Assembly (NCBI GenBank): GCA_963751345.1
Contig: CAVVUS010000010.1
Location: 96,001-160,000 of the forward strand
Reading direction: 5' to 3'
DNA from: an uncultured Chloroflexia bacterium
GTDB lineage: Bacteria > Chloroflexota > Anaerolineae > B4-G1 > SLSP01
Length of the DNA stretch: 64,000 nt
Position numbers and translations under genes: made by a program. This document shows, piece after piece, positions 10,089 to 19,658 of the stretch. The notes under the pieces are model-generated. The model was not told the origin of the DNA. It did no database searches and worked only from the letters and a program-made list of their open reading frames with translations. How positions within the stretch are numbered: position 1 is the stretch's first letter; each line of letters opens with the position of its first letter.

Positions 10089-10857
10089 ACGTCAGACCGC
10101 AACCCTGCGCTATGCCCGTCCCTCGCCACCGTCCTGGGAGCTGCGCCTCGATCTCGACCAGGCGCCCGGGGCCGGCGAGTACGTGCTCGCCGATCTTGGC
10201 GGGCCGGTGCGCGAGCCCTTCTTCCCTGCCGGCTTCGACGATGGCGGGTTCGAGACGGTCGTCCCGCCGGGTCACGCGGCGACTCGGCTCCTGCCGGGTG
10301 CGCCGGTCGATGTGCTCGGCCCCCTGGGTCGCGGATTTCGTCTCGACGTCGCAGGTTATCCGCCTGCACGGCTCCTGCTGATTGCAGCGGTGGAGGCCCT
10401 GCCGCTGCTCAGGCCTCTCTATCAGGCGGCCCCGTCTGTCGTGCTCGTCCTGGAGGCGACGACTCGGGCGCAGCTTCCGCCGCCCACGCGGTTCCCTCCT
10501 ACGCTGGAGTTGGCCCTGGTCACCCGTGACGGATCTGCGGGCTACCTGGGTCCGCTGGATGCCGAGGGCGAGGTCCCTGCCGGCCTGGAGCGCGCCGGGA
10601 CGCGACTCCGCGAGCTGATTGCCTGGGCCGATCGGGTCTGCGTTGCCCACGATCCGGCAGCCTATCCCGGCCTGGCCCGGATGGTGAAGGAGGTGCGCCT
10701 GCAGCCCGTTCCTGACTTCGCCCAGGCGCTGGTCCGGGTGCCGATGCCGTGTGGCGTCGGTGTCTGCGATGTCTGCCGGGTCGCCACGCGCCAGGGCGAG
10801 GTGCGGGTGTGTGTCGACGGTCCGGTGCTCGACTTGCTGGACTTTCTGCCTCTCTGA
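10081..10857 (+). CDS. Divergent dihydroorotate dehydrogenase electron-transfer subunit (PyrK-like)
   Basis: LGPLGRGF motif and 2Fe-2S motif MPCGVGVCDVC...VCVDGPV; start uncertain. Confidence 0.75.
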   Translation: MTRRQTATLRYARPSPPSWELRLDLDQAPGAGEYVLADLGGPVREPFFPAGFDDGGFETVVPPGHAATRLLPGAPVDVLGPLGRGFRLDVAGYPPARLLLIAAVEALPLLRPLYQAAPSVVLVLEATTRAQLPPPTRFPPTLELALVTRDGSAGYLGPLDAEGEVPAGLERAGTRLRELIAWADRVCVAHDPAAYPGLARMVKEVRLQPVPDFAQALVRVPMPCGVGVCDVCRVATRQGEVRVCVDGPVLDLLDFLPL

Positions 10858-10871
10858 GTGTGAGCCCAACC

Positions 10872-11735
10872 ATGATCGAGCTCGCGCCAAACCACAAATA
10901 CGGACTCTCCATCGATGTGCCGGTCATGCCCGCGAGCGGTACATTTGGCTTCGGCGACGCCTACAGGGACCTGGTCGATCTCTCGCTGCTGGGTGCGGTC
11001 GTCACCAACCCGGTCAGCCTTCGACCACGCAGGTCGGCGCACGGTCAGCGGATTGCCGTCCACGGCGATACCTTCGTCGTGCACACGGGATGGCCCAATC
11101 CGGGTCTTCAGAGGCTGATTCGTGATACCCGCGAGGCGTGGGAGCGGATGACCTGCCCCGTGGTCGTTCACCTTCTCGCTACTACCGCTGCTGAGGTGGC
11201 CACCGCTGCTTCGCTTCTCTCAACCGTTCCGGGGGTGCGCGGCATCGAGCTGGGCTTCACCGCCGGCGTCTCACACAGGAAGGCGCTGGACTTTGTGGAG
11301 GCGGCCTCGAGTGAGGGAGACCTACCCGTCATCGCCAAGATTCCCTTTGATCGCGCGGACGATCTGGCCCCGCGACTCGCCCGCGAGGGTGTGGACGCCC
11401 TGACGCTCACCGCGCCGCCGCGTGCCGTCCTGCCCCTACCGGAGGACGAGGCAGAGCCGGGTGTCGCCCGCTATCTGCGGGGCCGGCTCTACGGTCGGGC
11501 GCTCTTCCCGCTGCTGCTGAACACGCTCTCCCGGTGGGCCCATCGCCTGACGGTACCTGTGATTGCCTGTGGGGGCATTGCCTCGCCGGATGACGCCCTG
11601 GCTTGCCTGACCCTGGGGGCCGCTGCCGTCCAGATCGACGCTTTGCTCTGGCGTGATCCCTCGTTGCTGGATACGATTGCGCGTGCGTTGGTTCGGCCGG
11701 AGGAACCCCCCGGATCCCAGGCCTCCTCTAGGTGA
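10872..11735 (+). CDS. Divergent dihydroorotate dehydrogenase-like FMN TIM barrel (PyrD-like)
   Basis: PVMPASGTFGFG, GWPNPG, PVIAK and PVIACGGI...GAAAVQI motifs; catalytic SCPN is missing. Confidence 0.75.
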   Translation: MIELAPNHKYGLSIDVPVMPASGTFGFGDAYRDLVDLSLLGAVVTNPVSLRPRRSAHGQRIAVHGDTFVVHTGWPNPGLQRLIRDTREAWERMTCPVVVHLLATTAAEVATAASLLSTVPGVRGIELGFTAGVSHRKALDFVEAASSEGDLPVIAKIPFDRADDLAPRLAREGVDALTLTAPPRAVLPLPEDEAEPGVARYLRGRLYGRALFPLLLNTLSRWAHRLTVPVIACGGIASPDDALACLTLGAAAVQIDALLWRDPSLLDTIARALVRPEEPPGSQASSR

Positions 11736-11881
11736 AACTCATCGTCACCGAAGGTGACACTTCCCACTACGGTCTCCGATACTGGAAGACTATAATGCCA
11801 ATGCCGCGGGGGTGTTCGGCTCTATGTTGCCGTGCCGGCGCGAGGTTGAGAGAATAATGTGGCTCATTAGGATGTTGAACT

Positions 11882-12583
11882 TTGCCAACTGAAGCCGACC
11901 GGCGCCAGAAGACGACCATTCGTGATCTGTTCACCCAGATCTCGGCGCATTACGATCTCATCAACCGTCTCATGTCGCTGGGCCAGGACCAGCGTTGGCG
12001 GCGGGTGGCCTTGGAGATGGCGCAGGTGCCACCCGGAGGGGCGCTCCTTGACGTCGCCAGCGGTACCGGAGATCTCGCGTTGATGGCGTTGCGTCGGCAC
12101 CCCTCTTCCCGGATCGTGGGTTCCGATCTGACCCCGGCGATGCTCCAACTGGCCCATGAGAAATCAAGGGGCCTCAAGTTGCCTTGGGTCGTCAGCGATG
12201 GCCTGGCACTCTCTTTCGCCGATGTGACCTTCGATGCCGTTACCTCTGCTTTTATGATGCGCAATGTGCCCGACGTCGGCCAGGCTCTCGCGGAGCAGGC
12301 CCGCGTGGTGCGCCCCGGTGGGCGTGTGGTCTGCCTCGAAATGACCTGGCCGCGACGATTCCCGATGCGCTGGCTCTTTGGCCTCTACTTCTACGGCCTT
12401 CCCCCCCTTTTGGGCGGGCTGATGGACGGGACGTGGGAGCCCTATCGCTACCTTCCTCGCTCGGTGAAGCGTTTCATCGAGCCTGCGGAGCTGGCAAAGA
12501 AGATGACGGAAGTTGGATTGCACGACGTCACTTGGCGGATGATGATGGGTGGCACGGTGGCGATCCACGTAGGTGTTAAGTAG
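11882..12583 (+). CDS. menG: Demethylmenaquinone methyltransferase (UbiE/MenG)
   Basis: YDLINRLMSLGQDQRWR, LDVASGTGD, YRYLPRS. Confidence 0.9.
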   Translation: MPTEADRRQKTTIRDLFTQISAHYDLINRLMSLGQDQRWRRVALEMAQVPPGGALLDVASGTGDLALMALRRHPSSRIVGSDLTPAMLQLAHEKSRGLKLPWVVSDGLALSFADVTFDAVTSAFMMRNVPDVGQALAEQARVVRPGGRVVCLEMTWPRRFPMRWLFGLYFYGLPPLLGGLMDGTWEPYRYLPRSVKRFIEPAELAKKMTEVGLHDVTWRMMMGGTVAIHVGVK

Positions 12584-12593
12584 GAGGATAGGT

Positions 12594-14138
12594 GTGACTC
12601 AGTCTGAAGATCCGCGCCTCGAGGCGCTGAGGAAGAGTAAGGCCCAGGCCCAGTTGGGTGGGGGCCGCGAACGTATGGACCGGCAGCACGCCAAGGGCAA
12701 GATGACCGCCCGCGAACGCCTCGCCGAGCTCCTGGATGCCGGCTCGTTCCACGAGCTCCAGCCTTTCACCGTGGCTCACGCCGAGGATGAGAGTTCGATC
12801 CCGGGCGATGGCGTGGTCACGGGCTACGGTACCATAGACGGGCGCAGGGTCTGCGTCTACGCGCAGGACTTCACCGTCTACGGTGGCTCGGTCTCGCTGG
12901 CCCACGCCCGCAAGATCGTGCAGGTCCAGGAGATGGCGATGAACAACGGTCTTCCCGTGATCGGGCTCCTCGATTCCGGCGGCGCCCGCATCCAGGAGGG
13001 CGTGCTCTCGCTCCAGGGCTATGGTGAGGTCTTCAGACAGAATGCCCTGGCCTCGGGTGTGGTCCCCCAGATCTCGGTCATCCTCGGCCCCTGCGCGGGC
13101 GGTGCGTCCTACAGCCCCGCGCTGACCGATTTCATCGTGATGACCGACAAGAGCTCGATGATGTTCATCACCGGGCCCGACGTCGTGAAGAGTGTGACGG
13201 GTGAAGAAATCGATCACGAGGGGCTTGGCGGGGCGCGGGTGCATACCGGCGTGAGCGGGGTGGCGCACTTTATCGGCCGTGACGAGCATCACGCTCTGTC
13301 CCTGGTGCGTCAACTGCTCTCCTACCTGCCCTCCAATAACGTCGACTCGGCCCCCGCGGTCGCCCCGGCGGACGACCCGAACCGTGCCGACGAGAGCCTG
13401 AACTCGATCGTGCCCGCGGCACCCAATCTCCCCTATGATATGCTCGACGTGATCACCACCGTCATGGACCGGGGAAGTTGGTTCGAGGTCCAGGCCAATT
13501 GGGCGCAAAACGCCATCGTCGGCTTTGCCCGCCTCGACGGCATGCCCGTCGGCGTGGTGGCCCAGCAGCCTATGGTGCTGGCCGGGGCCATCGACATCAA
13601 TGCGTCGGACAAGATCTCGCGCTTTGTCCGTTTCTGCGACGCCTTCAATTTGCCCGTGATCACCTTTGCCGATTCACCCGGCTTCATGCCCGGTGTGGCC
13701 CAGGAGCACGGGGGGATCATCCGCCACGGCGCCAAGATCATCTACGCTTACGTCGAGGCGACGGTGCCCAAGATCTCGGTCGTGACCCGCAAGGGCTATG
13801 GCGGCGCATATATCGTGATGGGCAGCAAAAGCTTGGGGGCCGACGTCCACCTCGCCTGGCCGACGGCGGAGATCGCCGTGATGGGCCCCGAGGGCGCCGT
13901 GGCGGTCATCAACCGCCGCGAGTTGGCTGCGGCCGAAGATCCCGAGGCCCTGCGTGCCGAGCTCGTCGCCCAATACCGCGCGACCTATGCCAATCCCTAT
14001 TACTCGGCGCAGCGCGGTATCGTGGACAACATCATCGAGCCCGCCCAGACCCGCCCCGAGTTGATCGCTGCCCTGCGGACGCTGCAGGAGCAGATCCGCC
14101 CTGTGCCGCCCAAGAAGCACGGCGTGATGCCGGCGTAG
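12594..14138 (+). CDS. mmdA: Acyl-CoA carboxyltransferase / methylmalonyl-CoA decarboxylase alpha subunit
   Basis: DSGGARIQEG, GPCAGG, GIIRHGAK, IAVMGPEGA; context of a Na+ pump beta subunit. Confidence 0.9.
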   Translation: MTQSEDPRLEALRKSKAQAQLGGGRERMDRQHAKGKMTARERLAELLDAGSFHELQPFTVAHAEDESSIPGDGVVTGYGTIDGRRVCVYAQDFTVYGGSVSLAHARKIVQVQEMAMNNGLPVIGLLDSGGARIQEGVLSLQGYGEVFRQNALASGVVPQISVILGPCAGGASYSPALTDFIVMTDKSSMMFITGPDVVKSVTGEEIDHEGLGGARVHTGVSGVAHFIGRDEHHALSLVRQLLSYLPSNNVDSAPAVAPADDPNRADESLNSIVPAAPNLPYDMLDVITTVMDRGSWFEVQANWAQNAIVGFARLDGMPVGVVAQQPMVLAGAIDINASDKISRFVRFCDAFNLPVITFADSPGFMPGVAQEHGGIIRHGAKIIYAYVEATVPKISVVTRKGYGGAYIVMGSKSLGADVHLAWPTAEIAVMGPEGAVAVINRRELAAAEDPEALRAELVAQYRATYANPYYSAQRGIVDNIIEPAQTRPELIAALRTLQEQIRPVPPKKHGVMPA

Positions 14139-14146
14139 GAGCGAAG

Positions 14147-14600
14147 ATGTCACAGTCATTAGCTCAGTCGCTGCAGCTTACGATCCTCGGCATGGGGATG
14201 ACCTTTCTGAGCATCGGGGCGCTCGTCGCCGGGATGTTCCTGCTGACCCGGCTGACCGCTGTCAGGGTGGGTGGCGCGAGCCGGCGTATCCGCTGCCGGA
14301 CGAGTCGGGCCACCCGCCGCAGAGGCCGCCCTCACCGAGGGGGAGGCTTTGCTCACCACCCGCTCCGAGATCCGGGTCGAGCCCCAGGAGGGCGTGCCAT
14401 TCTCAGGCGACGACGATGCCACCGAGGCCCGCCGGCGTGCTGCGGCGGCTGCTGTAGCCGTCGCGCTGGCTCTGCAGGAGCGGTCGGCCCCGGCGCCCAA
14501 GGCGGCGCAGCCCGCCACGCCTGACGCCTGGAACATCTATGCCCGCAGCCTGCATCTATCGGGCCGTGCCCGTTACGAGTCGCTCCGAGGCCGTCGATGA
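14147..14600 (+). CDS. mmdD: Na+-decarboxylase delta/gamma subunit, OadG family (frameshift near 14270)
   Basis: LTILGMGMTFLSIGAL TM helix; second frame gives AAAAAVAVALAL...AWNIYAR. Confidence 0.7.
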
Positions 14601-14665
14601 GAGACGTCAACCGTTTGTCCCACGCTGGGAGTGCGTTGGTTTCCACGCCGTTTTTCACGACTGTC

Positions 14666-14795
14666 GTAAAGGCGCGCCGGTGGCGCGTCTTCCGGCGTGC
14701 AGATACCCTCAGATGCCGGCATGATTCTCCGTCGTGAGGTCCCCGGCATCGGGGGTGACACTGCGTCCGGAGACGGGGTACCGCCCCGCTTCTAC
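14666..14795. repeat. REP-doublet (REPIN-like) element, family A, degenerate copy
   Basis: GTAAAGGCGCGCCGGTGGCGCGTCT...GAGACGGGGTACCGCCCCGCTTCTAC, similar to the copies at 36493 and 44228. Confidence 0.65.
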
Positions 14796-14850
14796 GGAAA
14801 ACCAATGTACGCCCGCGCGTCCTCCGTGTACCCGTTTGAGGTGTAATCCT

Positions 14851-15303
14851 ATGCCAACTTATCGTGTTACGATTGACGGTCAGCTCTATACCGTGGACAT
14901 CCCCGATCCTACCGCCCGCCCCGTCCAGGCGGTTGTGGACGGATATCTGTTCGAAGTCGCGGTCGAAGACGACAACCGATCGGTTAAAGTAGCCGCCGCT
15001 GCCGTTCAACCTGCGGCTGAGGTGCGGACCGCATCTGCGGCCCCCGCCTCTGCGGCCCCAGCGGCCCCGGCTGCCCCCGCGGCAGGCTTCAACGTCGTCG
15101 CTCCCTTGCCCGGCACCATTGTCAGCGTCAGTGTCAATGCAGGCGACTCGGTCGAGCGCGGGCAGGAGCTCTGCGTGCTCGAGGCGATGAAGATGAACAA
15201 CCCGATTCGTGCGACGCAATCCGGTGAGATCACGGAAGTGCTCATCAGTGTAGGGCAGCAAGTCCAGTACGGCGATCCCTTGATGGTGATAGCAGAGGCT
15301 TAG
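14851..15303 (+). CDS. mmdC: Biotin carboxyl carrier subunit
   Basis: Ala/Pro linker, APLPG, EAMKM biotinylation motif. Confidence 0.92.
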   Translation: MPTYRVTIDGQLYTVDIPDPTARPVQAVVDGYLFEVAVEDDNRSVKVAAAAVQPAAEVRTASAAPASAAPAAPAAPAAGFNVVAPLPGTIVSVSVNAGDSVERGQELCVLEAMKMNNPIRATQSGEITEVLISVGQQVQYGDPLMVIAEA

Positions 15304-15304
15304 G

Positions 15305-16093
15305 ATGGGCTTTCTCGGCATGGCAGACCGTCACTCGCCCTTGACCAGCCAGTTGGAGGCCAAGACCCGTGACCTGGATTGGACGTTGGCGCACTTCGCA
15401 TTCGTCGCGGACGTGACCGCGCTCGCCACCGAATGTGACGTCGCCCACTCCCCGACGATGTCGGTCGCCAGTTGTCGCGCGCTGCCCACCCTGGGGCTGG
15501 CTTTCGTCGGCGATTCCCCCGATCTGTTGGCGACCTACGCTGCCTTTCTCGCCGATCCCGGCAGCGAGGTATCGCTGGTGGTCGATGAGGCGCAGCGGTC
15601 CATCGCCGAGTGCGCCTTCACCGTGGAGTCGGTCGTGCCCAAGTGGCAGATGGTCTTTCAGGGGAATGCCGGTGCTTTGGACTCCCGACCGGCCACTCGA
15701 CTCACGGAGAATGATCTACCCGCGGTCCGGGCCCTCGCCAGGATGGAGCAGGTGTCGCTCTTCGGCTTCTCCGACGACCTTCTCCTGCGCGGTCCGGCCT
15801 TTGGCGTTTGGGATCGGCGCAAACTGGTCGCGATAGGCACTACGGTGGTCAGCCTGCCCGGTGTGGCGCAGATCGACAACGTTCTGACCCGCAAGGAGTA
15901 TCGCCGGCGGGGCCATGGTACCGCCGTGGTCGCTGCCTTACTTCGCGCCCACCACGCCGAGGATCGGGGCGTCTTTGCCGTCGTGGACCAGGGCAATGAT
16001 GCCATCCTCGGATTGCTTGAGAAGCTCGGTTTCGCGCGCGAGCGCCCCATGTACGCGATGACCTGCGTGCTCGGCGCGCCCGATGGTGAATGA
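15305..16093 (+). CDS. GNAT-family N-acetyltransferase
   Basis: VLTRKEYRRRGHG acetyl-CoA motif A; N..ILGLLEKLGF. Confidence 0.85.
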   Translation: MGFLGMADRHSPLTSQLEAKTRDLDWTLAHFAFVADVTALATECDVAHSPTMSVASCRALPTLGLAFVGDSPDLLATYAAFLADPGSEVSLVVDEAQRSIAECAFTVESVVPKWQMVFQGNAGALDSRPATRLTENDLPAVRALARMEQVSLFGFSDDLLLRGPAFGVWDRRKLVAIGTTVVSLPGVAQIDNVLTRKEYRRRGHGTAVVAALLRAHHAEDRGVFAVVDQGNDAILGLLEKLGFARERPMYAMTCVLGAPDGE

Positions 16094-16193
16094 TGGATGG
16101 TTGGTGTTGGACGCTGGATGCCAGATGTCTGCTGCAGCCGGTGACCTCTTCTCGATCGGGAGCTGACGACTGACGACTGGTAACTGAAAGCTG
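16092..16193. repeat. Degenerate heptamer tandem repeats
   Basis: GATGGTT/GGTGTTG/GACGCTG/GATGCCA and CTGACGA CTGACGA CTGGTAA CTGAAAG CTG. Confidence 0.6.
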
Positions 16194-16202
16194 GGAGGGT
16201 GT

Positions 16203-17348
16203 ATGCCCGACGGCGTTGATCTCGGCGGCCTCTTCTCCGGTCTCGTGGACCTCGTCCACAACTGGCCCAGCCTCATTATGATGGCCGTGGGCGGCCTCTT
16301 GATCTACCTGGCCATCGCCCGCGAATACGAGCCGGTGCTCCTGCTCCCCATCGGCACCGGCTGCATCATCGGCAACCTGCCGCTCTCCGCGATGATCGAT
16401 CCCGCCGAAAACGGTATGCTGGCCGTTCTCAAGACGGCGACGGTCGACAATGAGCTCCTCCCGCTGCTGATCTTCATCGGCGTAGGGGCGATGATGGACT
16501 TTCGTCCGCTCCTGGCCCAACCTTTCTTTGCCCTGATGGGCGCCGCGGGACAGTTCGGCATCTTCGGCACGTTGATATTGGCGATCCTGCTGGGCTTCCC
16601 GATGAACGAGGCCGCGAGCATCGGCATCATCGGCGCCATCGATGGGCCCACCAGCATCTACGTCGCCAACCAGCTCGCGCCCAATCTGCTGGGCGTCATT
16701 TCGGTGGTGGCCTACTCCTATATGAGCCTGGTCCCCATCATCCAGCCTCCGATTATGCGCTTGCTCACCACCCGCGAGGAGCGTATGACGCGGATGGACT
16801 ATGCGCCCCGCCCGGTCTCGCCCCTGGCTATGGTGACCTTTCCTGTGGTGGTGACGATCGCCATCGGTATTCTCGTGCCGAAAGCCGCGCCGCTGATCGC
16901 GGCCCTGATGCTCGGCAATCTGTTGCGGGAGGCTCACGTCGTCCCGCGGCTGGCGCGGTCGGCCGAGAACGAGATCATCAACGTCGCCACGCTCTTCCTG
17001 GGCCTGGTGGTCGGCAGCACGATGACGGCCCGGACCTTTCTCACGTTCGACACGCTCAAGATCCTGCTGCTGGGGCTGCTCGCCTTTGGTCTCGACACCG
17101 CAGCCGGGCTGCTCTTCGGCAAGCTTCTCTATCTGCTCTCGGGCAAGAAGATTAACCCGCTCATCGGCGCCGCGGGGATCAGCGCCTTCCCCATGGCCGG
17201 TCGTATCGTCCAGCGCGTGGCCCAGGAGGAGGACTTCTCCAACTTCGTCCTGATGCACGCTATGGGCGCCAACACCGCCGGTCAACTCGGCTCCGTCATC
17301 GCGGGCGGCGTCCTGCTTACGCTGGTGCTTCCGATGGTCGGGGGATGA
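16203..17348 (+). CDS. mmdB: Sodium ion-translocating decarboxylase beta subunit
   Basis: EPVLLLPIG, IGIIGAIDGPTSIY, AYSYMSLVPIIQP, GAAGISAFPM, AMGANTAGQLGS. Confidence 0.95.
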   Translation: MPDGVDLGGLFSGLVDLVHNWPSLIMMAVGGLLIYLAIAREYEPVLLLPIGTGCIIGNLPLSAMIDPAENGMLAVLKTATVDNELLPLLIFIGVGAMMDFRPLLAQPFFALMGAAGQFGIFGTLILAILLGFPMNEAASIGIIGAIDGPTSIYVANQLAPNLLGVISVVAYSYMSLVPIIQPPIMRLLTTREERMTRMDYAPRPVSPLAMVTFPVVVTIAIGILVPKAAPLIAALMLGNLLREAHVVPRLARSAENEIINVATLFLGLVVGSTMTARTFLTFDTLKILLLGLLAFGLDTAAGLLFGKLLYLLSGKKINPLIGAAGISAFPMAGRIVQRVAQEEDFSNFVLMHAMGANTAGQLGSVIAGGVLLTLVLPMVGG

Positions 17349-17488
17349 GGGTGGATGTTGGATGTTGGATTGCCGGAAGCCGGATACCTGAGGCAGGTCT
17401 CTATTCTCTGATTCTGGATTCTCTGATTCTTCATTCTTCCATTCTGGATTCTTGCACTCGCTTTCTCGCCTTTTCGTCTTTCGCTTTC
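17344..17488. repeat. Degenerate 7/8-mer tandem repeats
   Basis: GGATGTT GGATGTT GGATTG; ATTCTCTG ATTCTGG ATTCTCTG ATTCTTC ATTCTTCC ATTCTGG ATTCTT; TTTCGnn units. Confidence 0.65.
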
Positions 17489-17498
17489 TGGAGGTGCT

Positions 17499-17765
17499 AT
17501 GGCAAGAGGTATGATCGTTATCGATACCGACCGCTGTAAAGGTTGTGGCCTCTGCACTCACGTCTGCCCGCCCAACATCCTCGCCCTTTCCTCCGAGGCC
17601 TTCAACGCCAAGGGCTATCATCCTGTCGTCATGACCGATCCCGAAGCGTGCATCGGCTGTGGCGCCTGCGCCACGATTTGCCCCGACGTCGTCTTCACCG
17701 TCTACCGCCTCAAGCGGGAGCCGCGAGTGTCCACCGTACAGCCTGCGGCTGCCGCCACCGGTTAG
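17499..17765 (+). CDS. 2-oxoacid:ferredoxin oxidoreductase delta subunit, 2x[4Fe-4S]
   Basis: CKGCGLCTHVCP and CIGCGACATICPD. Confidence 0.92.
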   Translation: MARGMIVIDTDRCKGCGLCTHVCPPNILALSSEAFNAKGYHPVVMTDPEACIGCGACATICPDVVFTVYRLKREPRVSTVQPAAAATG

Positions 17766-17777
17766 GAGCAGCGTACG

Positions 17778-18851
17778 ATGACCAAACAATTGCTCAAGGG
17801 CAATATCGCTTTCGCCGAGGCCGCGCTGCGCAATGGTCTGGAGGCCTACTTCGGGTATCCCATCACGCCGCAGAGCGAGGCGCTCGAACACCTCTCGGGC
17901 CGGATGATCCAGGAGGGACGGGTCTTCCTCCAGGCCGAGAGTGAGGTGGCTGCGATCAACATGGTCTACGGCGCGGCCTGCAGCGGCGTGCGCGTTATGA
18001 CCTCGACGTCGGGTCCGGGCTTCGCGCTGATGGCCGAGGGGCTCTCTTACATCGCGGGCTCAGAGGTGCCGGTCGTCGTCGTCAATATGATGCGTGGGGG
18101 GCCCGGTCTGGGCAACATCCAGCCCTCGCAGGGTGACTATTTCTTCATGACCAAGAGCGCGGGCCACGGCGATTTCCATCCCATCGTGCTCGCCCCCGCC
18201 AACGTCCAGGAGCTCATCGACATGATAGGCCTGGCGTTTGACCTGGCCGAGACTTATCGCACGCTCGTGATCGTGGCCGGGGACGGGAGCATCGGCCAGA
18301 TGATGGAGTCGGCCGAGCTGCCGCCGATGAAACCCGTCCGCACCCGCAGGCCCGACTGGGCCGTGACCGGCGCCGCCGGGCGCGAGCCGAATGTCATCAC
18401 GTCGCTCTACCTGGGCGCGGACCACCTGGAGGCCCACAACCAGCGTCTGCAGGCCAAGTTGGCCCGGGTCAAAGCTCGCGAAGCGCGGTCCGTCGAGGTG
18501 CTCACCGAGGACGCCGACCTGCTGCTCGTAGCCTATGGCACCGCCGGCCGCATCTGCACCTCGGTGGTGCGCGAGGCCCGTAAGCTCGGATTTGCCGTCG
18601 GCTTGCTGCGGCCCCAGACGCTGTGGCCCTTCCCCGAGCCACGCCTGGCCGAACTTACCGGGCAAGTGAGCGGCGTGCTCGTCGTCGAGATGAGCGCCGG
18701 CCAGATGCTCGAGGACGTTCAGCGCGCCGTCAACGGCCGCGTCCCCGTGCGTTTCTACGGCCGTATGGGCGGGGCGATCCCGATGGTAGATGATATTCTC
18801 GGCGAAGTGCAGGCCCTGGCCGGCGCCACGCTGCAAGGCGTTTCTATCTGA
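17778..18851 (+). CDS. vorB: 2-oxoacid:ferredoxin oxidoreductase alpha subunit (VorB-like)
   Basis: [42 protein letters not shown]. Confidence 0.9.
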   Translation: MTKQLLKGNIAFAEAALRNGLEAYFGYPITPQSEALEHLSGRMIQEGRVFLQAESEVAAINMVYGAACSGVRVMTSTSGPGFALMAEGLSYIAGSEVPVVVVNMMRGGPGLGNIQPSQGDYFFMTKSAGHGDFHPIVLAPANVQELIDMIGLAFDLAETYRTLVIVAGDGSIGQMMESAELPPMKPVRTRRPDWAVTGAAGREPNVITSLYLGADHLEAHNQRLQAKLARVKAREARSVEVLTEDADLLLVAYGTAGRICTSVVREARKLGFAVGLLRPQTLWPFPEPRLAELTGQVSGVLVVEMSAGQMLEDVQRAVNGRVPVRFYGRMGGAIPMVDDILGEVQALAGATLQGVSI

Positions 18852-18863
18852 GGAGGTACGTTG

Positions 18864-19646
18864 ATGACGCAGATCATTCCCGACACGATGGAGCAGGTCT
18901 ACGCCTTCCCGGCATCCCTCACCCGCGCCAACACCCACTACTGCCCCGGCTGCGTCCACGGCATCGTCCACCGGCTCGTCGGTGAGGTCCTGGATGAGCT
19001 CGGCATCCGCGAGCGCACCATCGGCGTCGCGCCGGTCGGCTGCGCCGTCCTGGCCTACAACTACATCAACGTCGACTTCGTCGAGGCGGCCCACGGCCGC
19101 GCCCCCGCGATGGCTACCGGCGTCAAGCGCGTCAACCCCGACAAGATCGTCTTCACCTACCAGGGCGACGGCGACATCGCCGCCATCGGCACCGCCGAGA
19201 TCATCCACGCGGCCAACCGCGGCGAGCACATCACCACCGTCTTCATCAACAATGCGATCTACGGCATGACCGGCGGGCAGATGGCCCCTACCACGCTGGA
19301 GGGCATGGTCACCACCTCCACGCCCACGGGGCGTGACTGCCTGATCGCCGGGTATCCGATGAAAATGTCCGAGCTGCTCGCCCAGACCGCCGGTGCCGTC
19401 TACGTCGCCCGCGAGATGGCGCTCGACGTCGCCGGCATCCGCCGCACCAAGAGGGCCATCAAGCGTGCCTTCCTCGCCCAGATCCACGGGCTGGGCTTTG
19501 CCTCTGTCGAGGTCCTCGCGACCTGTCCCACCAACTGGAACATGGATCCCTGGGCGGCGATGCAGTGGGCCAAGGAGAACCTGGCGACCTTCTACCCGGT
19601 CGATACCTTCAGGATCACCGACGAGGTCAAGGCTCTGAAGGTCTAA
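18864..19646 (+). CDS. 2-oxoacid:ferredoxin oxidoreductase beta subunit (TPP-binding)
   Basis: HYCPGCVHG, QGDGD, NNAIYGMTGGQ, TCPTNW. Confidence 0.92.
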   Translation: MTQIIPDTMEQVYAFPASLTRANTHYCPGCVHGIVHRLVGEVLDELGIRERTIGVAPVGCAVLAYNYINVDFVEAAHGRAPAMATGVKRVNPDKIVFTYQGDGDIAAIGTAEIIHAANRGEHITTVFINNAIYGMTGGQMAPTTLEGMVTTSTPTGRDCLIAGYPMKMSELLAQTAGAVYVAREMALDVAGIRRTKRAIKRAFLAQIHGLGFASVEVLATCPTNWNMDPWAAMQWAKENLATFYPVDTFRITDEVKALKV

Positions 19647-19658
19647 AAGGAGCACGCC

